From positions 4,092,001 to 4,156,000 of the forward strand of contig NC_135813.1 in assembly GCF_964213995.1 (NCBI RefSeq): a DNA stretch of 64,000 bases, read 5' to 3'. Shown here one piece after another: positions 26,558 to 35,941 of the stretch. The stretch is from Mustelus asterias (taxonomy: Eukaryota). The notes under the pieces are model-generated. The model was given only the letters and a program-made list of their open reading frames with translations, was not told where the DNA came from and made no database searches. The translations under genes and the position numbers were made by a program. Each line of letters opens with the position of its first letter. Within the stretch, counting starts at the first letter, position 1.

Positions 26558-27328
26558 CAGTGATTCTCAAACATTTTTGGTTGGCGGACCCATTTTCGAA
26601 TGGATTCATAATCATCGACCTTCCATCTAAATTAAAATACCATATAATACTGTTTCAAAGTGCTTCAATAATGCATTTAAGAAATTGCGATTTGCTTGCA
26701 ATTATCAGTTAGATGTGTGTCCCTGCTTCTCACAGCACAGCCTGTCTTTCCATGACAGAGACCCAACAAGAGCAGGAGACTGAGAGGAGCACGAAACCAG
26801 AGAGAGTAGAAGTGCAGGGGGAGCAGAGGCCCGTGTGTTTGAATCCATTCGAAAATTGTGTGTGCATGTGGGGGAGGAGGGGTTGCGCAGTTTGGAGGGG
26901 GGACAGGCAGGGTAGAGTATGGAGAGAGCACTTGGAGAGCAGAGGCAAGTAGGAGCAACGGGGAGGCTCCTACAGTGAAAAGCCTGCTGAGGGCAAAGAA
27001 AGCAGGAGAGAGCAGGAGACAGAAGGAGCAAGGGGAGAGCAGCAACATAGGAATGCAAGGGCAAGGGGAGAGATGGAGCAGAGTGGGATGGGGAGGCCGG
27101 GGTGGGGAGGTGGGGATCGGAGCGGGGGGTGGGGCGGGGGTTGTGTGCACGGTGAAGGAGCAGGGAGACACCAGAAGGGAGGAGTTGTTCACATCTCCAG
27201 CTGCCGCTCACTCACTAACTCTTCACCATGGTGTCACCCTGGGAGGTTGCCCATGTCATTGACTGGCCCTGCACCGTGGGCCAACTGGCAGAATCCAAGG
27301 TTCATGGGCTCCAGTTTGAGAGCTTTAG
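26558..27328. mobile_element. Possible decayed hAT-like non-autonomous element with purine-rich interior
   Basis: Left end CAGTGATTCTCAAAC and right end GTTTGAGAGCTTTAG form a partial TIR; no clear 8-bp TSD. Confidence 0.35.
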
Positions 27329-27748
27329 TGTTCACAAACTGCTCAAGGTCAAAAACTGAGCATCCAAGTCATTCTGGAGCAGATTCACTGCCCTGTGAGT
27401 GAAGAAATCTCCACATTTCAGACCTAGATGAATAATCTCTTATCCTGAGACACTGACTCCTACTTCTAAACTCTCCATCCAAAAAAAAGAATCTTTCATC
27501 TCGTACCCTCTCAGAGTCTCATAGTCTTATATGTTGCAACAAATAAATGCACTAGCTGGTCAACTACTGAGTCACACAGACCACAAACGTATGAGAGTCA
27601 AGGTGAATTAGTTGATTTGAGCCTGAAAGCCATTGGTGTGTTATAACTGGTCTCCTTGTGTCCCTACATTCTGGAAGGAAATAACAGGCACAGGGCATTC
27701 AGCTCCCAATAATGATCCAGTGATTCTGTTGGAAAGTAGAGCCTATAT

Positions 27749-28005
27749 GGGAGCAGCACAGTAGCACTGCTGCTTCACAGCACCAGGGACCCAGGTTCGA
27801 TTCCCAGCTTGAGTCACTGTCTGTGTGGAGTTTGCATGTTCTCCCCGTGTCTACGTGGGTTTTCTCCCACATTCTGAAAGATGTGCTGGTTAGGTGCATT
27901 GATCCGAACAGGTGCCGGACTGTGGCGACTAGGGGAATTTCACAGTAACTTCATTGCAGTGTTAATGTAAGCCTTACTTGTGGCTAATAAATAAACTTTA
28001 AACTT
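27749..28005 (+). mobile_element. V-SINE variant with alternative tail
   Basis: HE1-like head, then ...cacagtaacttcattgcagtgttaatgtaagccttacttgtggctaataaataaactttaaactt. Confidence 0.85.
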
Positions 28006-28640
28006 AAAATATGAGAATTTGTGAATTCTATCTTTTCTGCAGCTTTTAAACAGGTCAAATAGAAGGTCAAAGGAAGAGAAAGACTGAACTTGTATTTGTC
28101 TAACACCTTTTATCACCTCAGGAATTCCCAAAGCATTTTGCAATCAGATATGTGCTTTTGAAGAGTAGCCATGGTTGAGAAATGCCACAGCTTTCTTGCA
28201 TACAACAAGTTCTCACGAACAGCAATGAGCTAAATGACCAGCTCATCTGAAGAGATACATGTCCCTTTTGGAAAGGATGAGATAGAAACTTATGTGGTCC
28301 AACCCTGATCATGAATGGGCCAGTCTTCAAAACTCTGCCCCTCCTTACCCAACCTACAGATACAGTGAGTCCTTCTTGTCTGGATGATCCTCATTGACAT
28401 TAGTGAATCAATCATGGATATATCAAATCTGCCACTTTGCCCATTCTAGGGCAGTTACACACTGTGTAAGAATTTAAAACTCTTGCCAGTGGGCAGTTTT
28501 GAGAATCTATTAAAGAATTATGCATCCTGATTATTGACTTGGAAATTGATATCTTGGTGTATGCAATGAAGGTGAACAGTATCGGCATCTTAGAGAGACA
28601 AGTGGGCAGTATTTCCTTTGGTAAAATAAGAAATTGTGTC

Positions 28641-29212
28641 TTTGATTTGATTTGATTTATTATTGTCACATGTATTAACATACAGTGAAAAGTATTGTTT
28701 CTTGCGCGCTATACAGACAAAACATACCGTTCATAGAGAAGGAAACAAGAGAGTGCAGAACGTAGTGTTACAGTCATAGCTAGGGTGGAGAGAAAGATCA
28801 CTCAAGGTAAGTCCATTCAAAAGTCTGATGGCAGCAGGGAAGAAGTTATTCTTGAGTCGGTTGGTACGTGACCTCAGACTTTTGTATCCTTTTCCCGATG
28901 GAAGAAGGTGGAAGAGAGAATTTCTGGGGTATGTGGGGTCCTTAATTATGCTGGCTGCTTTGCCAAAGCAACGGGAAGTTAGACAGAGTCAATGGATGGG
29001 AGATTGGTTTGCATGATGGATTGGGCTACATTCACGACCTTTTGTAGTTCCTTGTGGTCTTGGACAGAGCAGGAGCCATACCAAGCTGTGATACAACTAG
29101 AAAGAATGCTTTCTATGGTGCATCTGTAAAAGTTGGTGAGAGTCGTAGCTGACATGCCAAATTTCCTTAGTGTTCTGAGAAATTAGAGGCATTGGTGGAC
29201 TTTCTTAATTAT
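28641..29212 (-). mobile_element. Rex1/Babar LINE 3' fragment
   Basis: (TTTGA)n tail and reverse complement of 17550-18112; a shorter copy lies at 30527-30608 in the BBLN intron. Confidence 0.82.
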
Positions 29213-29799
29213 AGCAATTGATATATGAGACAGCACATCAACCTAGATCGGGTCACGATGGACTGCTTATGTCAGAAGGTTGTCTAATCAAGTTCCACAT
29301 GGGCACAAAATCTAGGCCAACATTCACAGCGCAACATCGTGAAAGATCTATAATGTTGGAGGTGCTGCTTTTGAAGTGAGACATTAAACCAAGACCCTTT
29401 CTACCCTCTTAGGTGGACGTAAAAGATTTCACAGCCACTATTATGATGACCAGCAAAGGAGTTACTAGTTAATAAATAGATATTGAAGGTGTATGAAAGA
29501 TGCCATACAAATGCAAGTCTTTGCTTTGTATTTTGGTTTGTTACAAATGTTATTCCCATTCAAGTAAATTGCTTAGCCTATTATATCCAGTTCACTCTGA
29601 TAGTTTGGGTATATTTCTGGAACCTATTTGTGGCCAGGATTTCCCCTTTAAATGAGCAACAACCTGCCCACAGATTACAACAAAGGGGCCTCAGAGCCAG
29701 GTGGCTTCTTTTGTGCCTGTGGCCGACTTTTTATAAAGGAAAAATTCCGTATTTTATTTATAATTGAAAGATTAATTGCGGTATTGTTACAGGGGGATT

Positions 29800-29910
29800 A
29801 TAATCGATACTGGGGCGGAATTGAGAATTGTTCTCAGGCGGTTCTCTGGACACACCGCGTTAGGACCCCGAACATCTGGATTTGTTACATTGCAAGGTCA
29901 GAGGTCAAAT
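29800..29910 (+). promoter_or_regulatory. Probable BBLN proximal promoter: GC box and perfect nuclear-receptor DR1
   Basis: GGGGCGG 29812-29818; AGGTCA-G-AGGTCA 29895-29907; start of a CpG-rich zone ~420 bp before the ATG. Confidence 0.55.
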
Positions 29911-29917
29911 TCTCCAA

Positions 29918-30268
29918 AGACAGAAACAGAGCCCGGGTGAGAGGGACAGAGACAGAAGCACAGAGAGCCCGGGGGAGAGGGACAGAGACAGAGACAGAGA
30001 GAGCCCGGGGGAGAGGGACAGAGACAGAGAGAGCCCGGGGGAGAGGGACAGAGACAGAGAGAGCCCGGGTGAGAGGGACGGAGACAGAAACACAGAGAGC
30101 CCGGGTGAGAGGGACATAGAGACAGCGACAGAGAGCCCGGGTGAGAGGGACAGAGACAGAAACATAGAGAGCCCCGGGGAGAGGGACAGAGACAGCGACA
30201 CGGAGAGCACCGGGGAGAGGGACACAGAGAGCCCGGGGGAGAGGGATAGAGAGTCCGGGGAGAGGGAG
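29918..30268 (+). repeat. Purine-rich minisatellite, ~11 units of mostly 30-36 bp (GAGAGCCCGGG[GT]GAGAGGGACA(GAGACA)n)
   Basis: CCCGGG-type cores at ~29932, 29968, 30004, 30034, 30064, 30100, 30136, 30172, 30209, 30232, 30255. Confidence 0.95.
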
Positions 30269-30326
30269 CCCAAGCCCAGGAAAGGTTGTCACTCCCCAGG
30301 CTCCGCTGGGGATCCGGATCTCGGAG

Positions 30327-30399
30327 ATGTCGGGACCGAATGGAGAACCGGGTGTCACAGTGAGGCCGGAGGAGGAGGAGGAAGAGGTGCCCGAGGAAG
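30327..30399 (+). CDS. BBLN: BBLN (bublin, C9orf16) coding exon 1
   Basis: MSGPNGEPGVTVRPEEEEEEVPEE(E)|gtaaac; MSGPNG start characteristic of BBLN; phase 1; not in the ORF track. Confidence 0.93.
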
Positions 30400-30918
30400 G
30401 TAAACCCGGCAGAAGGAATCAACTGGATCCCATTGGATTCCTGACAGGAGCTGTCTACCCCCCCCCCCCCCCCGACACCTTGACAGGAGCACACTAGACT
30501 CCTCCAGCAGACCCTGAGATGTCCGCTTTGATTTGATTTTTTATTGTCACATATATTAGTAGACAGTGAAAAGTATTGTTTCTTGCGCGCTATACAGACA
30601 AAGCATACTGTTGCAGAATTACATTTTCATTTGGCTTGGGTACTGAGAGTGCTGCATTGTCGGAGGTGCCATCTTACAGATGAGAAGTTTAAACCTCCAT
30701 TTCATATGCCATTGAGGAATCCGCAATGCCCCAGTCAATACTTAACATCACGTTTCTGTGGGGTGTGCAATGTTCATAGAATCCCCACAGTGAATCCCTT
30801 ATAGTTTACTAGATCAAAAAGCTCGAACCCTAATTGTTTTAATGCCTTAGGAGGTGAAAAATACAAGTTCCTCTTTTTGTAATTTATTCTGCTGACAGTT
30901 AAATGTTACATTCTTCAG

Positions 30919-31097
30919 AATACGCTGCACTCAATCTGATGCTTGACCAGATCAACTCTTGCCTGGACAACCTCGAGGAGAAGAACGATGTCCTGAATGC
31001 GAAACTTCATGAACTGCTGGAGTCAAATCGCCAGGTGAGGATGGAATTCAGGCAGCAACAAACAGCGTCGACAGATTCCCAGGATCGTGATGCTTGA
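30919..31097 (+). CDS. BBLN: BBLN coding exon 2 (coiled coil)
   Basis: ttcttcag|(E)YAALNLMLDQINSCLDNLEEKNDVLNAKLHELLESNRQVRMEFRQQQTASTDSQDRDA*; total 83 aa. Confidence 0.96.
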
Positions 31098-31489
31098 CTC
31101 TGTTTCTCTATCAAGCTCTAATAGTACATGTCCTGCTGAAGAATTTTTAAAACAATCTTGTTTGTCAGCTGTAAGCATTGCTAACAACTTTACTTTCCTG
31201 TGACACCGACTAGTTTCACTCGTCGTACTGAGCTGTAGTTCTGCCTGTGGTGACATCTTCAGTCTTTATTATCTTTCTGTTGGTTTTGACTGTGGAATTT
31301 CTGTTTCTTCCTTCCAGAGAAAGCTCATTTGTAATGGATGCTGTGCTCCAATTGTGAGTTACTGAGACAAGAAATCTTATTTCAATGGGATTCAAAAATT
31401 TTGAAAAGTTGTGTTTGATCCCATGGACCATTGTAATTTATCTGATTAGTCCCAGTTTTTAGAATCCACCATGCTGTTTACATTTTATT

Positions 31490-31725
31490 TTTCCAGTGGC
31501 AGCCATGGGAGCAATTTTGAAGTGCAGGGGTGTTCTTCCTGGGGACCTGGCCAATACTTATCCCTCAAATCAACATCGGAAAGCCACTGTGGTTTGTGGG
31601 AGTTCGCTACGTGCAAATTAACAGCTCCATTCCTCACATTAGTGACGACATTTCAAAAGTATTTCATTGACTGTAAGGTGCTTTGGGGCATCTGATGATC
31701 AGGAATGGCACTATATAAATGTAAA
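31490..31725 (+). mobile_element. Deu-domain SINE 3' half inside the probable BBLN 3'UTR
   Basis: cctggccaatacttatccctcaa...gtgcaaatt...ttcaaaagtatttcattgactgtaaggtgctttgggg...ggcactatataaatgtaa. Confidence 0.65.
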
Positions 31726-32314
31726 ACCCCTCGAATTTGAAAATAGAATCAGAATCTCTGTCAACCATTTCATCCGTTCTGTGTAAAAAGTTAAACTGTC
31801 TTTTCACCCTCCCTTTTCTAAGTAAGGGCTTATGCCATTTTAAGTAATGCGAGTTATTGTTTGTCTTATCTGTACCCTTTAAAATCTTAACTAATAATCT
31901 CCTAAGTCCTCTTATGTAAACATTTCCAGATTCTGTGGCATCTCCACATTATTCAGGTGCCCCAGTACCAGAGAGAAATCTGTACCTGGTATTTTCGCTA
32001 GAGTCAGACTCGTGCTCAATCCTTGAGATTCTCTCCCTCTTAATAGTTTTCTGTCTTTACTGAATGTTTCTGCCATTCCTGTAATCTACATTTAAAGCTG
32101 TGTTACTCAAGTTGACTGTTGTTACACATTGTCATTTCTTTATTGAAAATCTACCAAGTCTTGTATAGAAGTGAAAAAATGGTTTGAAAAAAAACACAAG
32201 GACATCTTGCAGCAGGTTTTTTGCTGTTTTACAGACTGTAGATGTCCGTAGATAAGCCAACCTTTAAAGCCTCCAAAAATTGTTCCAAAAACAGGTGTCG
32301 ACTGACACACCAAG

Positions 32315-32418
32315 AATAAAATGTGAATCGCCTGTGTGGGTAGTTGCAATTTTGAAATTTCAGTAAAAAATGTAACTCTGGTAATTTATAATTAATGTGG
32401 CACTGTTCATTGAATAAA
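32315..32418 (+). terminator. Candidate BBLN polyadenylation signals
   Basis: AATAAA at 32315-32320 and 32413-32418 at the end of AT-rich UTR-like sequence. Confidence 0.45.
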
Positions 32419-32569
32419 TTAATTGTACAAAGATACTTATAACTACAATGAAAGTTTTTTTTTAAACCTTTCAAATTCAGTCTTCATTTGATGCAAGGGA
32501 GTTCATTAAGTCACTTTGACTATGACATGACCGTAAGGATCCCACTCTGGGTCAGGTGTGGTGCTTTCA

Positions 32570-34136
32570 TTCATCACAACAAATCATCCTTCTCTCCATC
32601 TAATGAATTGGATATTCCACATTTTTGAACCATTTTGTGCATTAATAACATCCCACAATTTGATAGCAAAACCACACAAAATATCAAGTGGCGCAGCAAG
32701 TGTATTTCCACTCTTGTCAACCATTCACCTATTCCATTCAGTGCATGTCTTAACAACAGATTCAGAGGTCGAACTGGATATTGGACCCCTTGACAAGAGC
32801 TGCAATTTAGGTGTTATCTCTTTGCAGGTGCCTATTGTCAGTTATATGGGATCTGTATGTCTCACAATAATAAACTATACTCTTTACGTAGGCCACAAGG
32901 AAGCCTATTATACACAGAAATCTATAACTTCCCTCCATCCAACTTTGGTCATGGACATGTACAAAAACCAAATAGGGAATTTGATTTTTTGGCATGATTT
33001 ATGTTTGACCAGAGGTTGTAATTTCATTCCCTTGACCAAGTAGCTAGTGCCACCATGAATCTTGTCTTCTCATACCCTGTGGATTGCATTGGAACTGTTT
33101 TTGAACCTTTCAACTCCACAGTTCAGTTGCTGGGTATATTGAAATTCATGTTGAAAATGTCACAATGTGTTTATGCTACTGTTTGATGATGAATTGTTGG
33201 GAACAAGTAACTTTGGCATCAAGGACTTTTGGTAGTCTGAGCAATCTTGCTGTTCTGCCATGGGACATTTTCGTTCCATAGATCAGCTACACCAACTAAC
33301 CATTGTTCTAAAATATTTGCCGGATTTAGGGTTTGATTTGGCTCTTAAGTGAGCATTGCATTTCTGGTGATAATGTAACCATTCTGACGATTTTTGACAA
33401 CCCATTCCGATACAAAGATTCACAAAATCAGGCCAGTGGCTGGTCCCTGCGCATGTGATATATTTGATCTTGGACCTCTTTTTCAGGGTAGATTGCTCCT
33501 TCCATTCTTGCACCAGATTTTCATTTCCACTGAATTTGCTTGCTACAGCAGTTACTTGACGAGTTAGTAAATGCTGTGACTTTTAGTTTGAAACCAGCTT
33601 CATCATTTGGTTCATTGGAAGACTCATGCCATCATTCTAGGGTCTGCCCTGTATAGGCATGTCTTAGTATATCCACAACGCAGTCTCTGTCACTTGCTCA
33701 AAACCTTAGGCCCAGTAACAGGGAAAGTAAAAATGTGTTTGTGGGGCAAAAAATTGAGGCCGACTACCAGTGCAACTTTAGCATGTCATTGACTGAAAAG
33801 GGAAGTCGACTTGTATGTCAAGTATAGCAAAAACAATTTTTGGGGCCAGAAGAATGGGGTCGTCTTATCCAACATGATATATAGAGTCAGACAGTGCAGA
33901 AAAGGCCCATTGGCACATCGAGTCTGCACTGACAATAACTGCCACTAAAGTCGCCCTAATCCCATTTTCCAGTTCCTTGTATATCTCTTTCCAGCCTCCA
34001 CCACCTTCCCAGGCAATACATTCAGATTTGCACCACCCTCCGAGTGAATTGTTTTCTCAAATCCCCTCTGAATCTCCTGCCTCTCACCCTAAAACTATGC
34101 CCCTTCATGATTGACCCCTCAACCAAGGATATGGTA
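32570..34136 (-). mobile_element. Decayed pogo-superfamily (POGK/Passer-like) DNA transposon with pseudogenised transposase; terminus split by a CR1 fragment (~33880-34127)
   Basis: Minus-strand fragments in the expected order: AGFKLKV..SKFSGNENLVQEWK (Brinker-type DBD), HWP, SWC, KIAQ-LPKVLDAKV, FNIPSN*TVELKGSKTVPMQSTGYEKTRF, VHVHDQSWM, KCGISNSLDGEKDDLL. Terminal-like gtcgacttgtat / gggtcgtcttat ... atatggta. Confidence 0.82.
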
Positions 34137-35127
34137 AATTAAAGCTTGCTCCTGACTTAAGAGAATTTCTCAATGAAGGTTTTACACTGCTTCTAAAATT
34201 AGTTGATATGGAGGAACAAATTACAACTACTGTGAAAATTTATAATTTAACAGCAGCCCATCTCCTTAACACACCTAAATAAAACCGTAAAATGCTCAAT
34301 AGGTCCATCAGCATCTATGGAAACAATTGGAGCTGAAACATTAGTTGATTCTCACTCTGCGGATATCAGCAGACCTGAACATTTCCAGCAACTTACTTCA
34401 GATTTTGCAGAGCTAGCATGGACTTGATGGGCCAAATAGCTTCCTCCCTTGCTGTCAGTCCGCTCCTGCTCCTATTTCTTATGTGCTTGTGCAACATTTT
34501 GCTTCTATAATCCTTTTCTTTCCTCTGCGGATTTTTTATGTCCACAAAATCAATGCAATAACTTAGCACTGTATCTATGTCTCATATATACTTGGTCCTT
34601 GAATATTGAAAAAAGATATTTTGTCAAAGTTTTTCATCTTGCAGTCATCAGGAAAATCGCATTGGGTACTCGGACAATTGCAAGATGAAAATGTATTTTT
34701 TCAACAAAACTCAGTTTCTATTGTTTTGAGAAAACTGTTGAATTATTTCAGTTTTTAATAGAAGTTTGTAAAAAGTGTTCGATTGCTGCAGTTTTATTGA
34801 TTAGATAAGAGTTTGGAGCCAATTTGAGAGCAACCAGATATTTGGGCAATTGCCCAATTGGAATTGAAACACCATTTCGGCATCTGATCTGTCATCTCTT
34901 CACGTGTAGTTCTAGCTTTTGTGGAAGGGAAGCTGACCATCACCAACTGCAGGGGGCACTTGCAGCTCAAATGGAAAACAATGTTCCTTCCGAGTAAACC
35001 AGACTTGGCTACAGAGCTCATAACGAGTTCCCACAGTCAGGCTCCCAGTCCTTGCTGAAATTCACATACACTAGCTACACTGTCAGCTGAAATACCTCGG
35101 GAGGAACTAATCTCCGCCAGAAGATAT

Positions 35128-35420
35128 TTTAAGTTTATTTATTAGTCATAAGTGGGCTTACATTAACACTGCAATGAAGTTACCGTGAAAAATCCCCTAG
35201 TTGCCACATTCCAGCGCCTGTTCGGGTACACTGAGGGAGAACTTAGCATAGCAATTCCACCTAACCAGCACGTCTTTCAGACTGTGGGAGGAAACCGGAG
35301 CACCCAGAAGAAACCTACACAGTCACAAGGAGAATGTGCAGACTCCACACTCACAGTAACCCAAGCCGGGAATGGAACGCGAGTCCCTGGCGCTGTGAGG
35401 CAGCAGCGCCAACCACTGCC
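35128..35420 (-). mobile_element. V-SINE variant with alternative tail
   Basis: aagtttatttattagtcataagt... joined to an HE1-like head. Confidence 0.85.
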
Positions 35421-35684
35421 GGTAAATTTTGAAAATTTAGCGAAGATTTTGAAATAGTTGAGTAGTTGAAGAATTGTTTTCACTGGTTGGCAAATTAGTA
35501 GAATCAGGATGATCACTAGAATAGCAAGGTGGGGAGTTAGAATTTTCAACTCATGGAGAACAACTAGAACTTGAAATACTAAATCTTCTCCCACCACCTT
35601 TTCAGGTAAAGCATTTCAGATCATTGCTCCCTGGATAAACATGTTTTCCCCCTCATCTCACTTTTGGTTCTTTGGCCCCTTGAT

Positions 35685-35941
35685 GCAGCACAGTGGTTAG
35701 CACTGCTGCCTCACAGCGCCAGGTGACTGTGTGGAGTTTGTACATTCTCCACATATCTGTGTGGGTTTCCTCCCACTGTCCAAAGGTGTATGGGTTAGGT
35801 GGATTGGCCATGCTAAATTGCCCCTTACTGTCAGAGGGATTCGCAGGGTAAATACGTGAGGTTACAGGGATAGGGCCTGGGTGGGATTGTTGTCAATGGG
35901 TTGAATAGCCCCCTTCTGCACTGTAGGGATTCTATGATTCT
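35685..35941 (+). mobile_element. HE1 SINE with internal deletions
   Basis: gcacagtggttagcactgc head, gggattctatgattct tail. Confidence 0.85.

Noticed and set aside
26677-27402. Several overlapping 70-170 aa ORFs
   Set aside because: They come from low-complexity purine-rich sequence lacking stops, with no recognisable domain or splice structure
29918-30268. CRISPR-like repeat array
   Set aside because: The context is eukaryotic, the inter-repeat segments are near-identical microsatellite rather than unique spacers, and there are no cas genes
29882-30403. 173-aa ORF with SPGERDRDR repeats, resembling an RS/RD-domain splicing factor
   Set aside because: It is a translation of the minisatellite, starts at a non-ATG codon and is out of frame with BBLN; the in-frame reading is blocked by TAG stops
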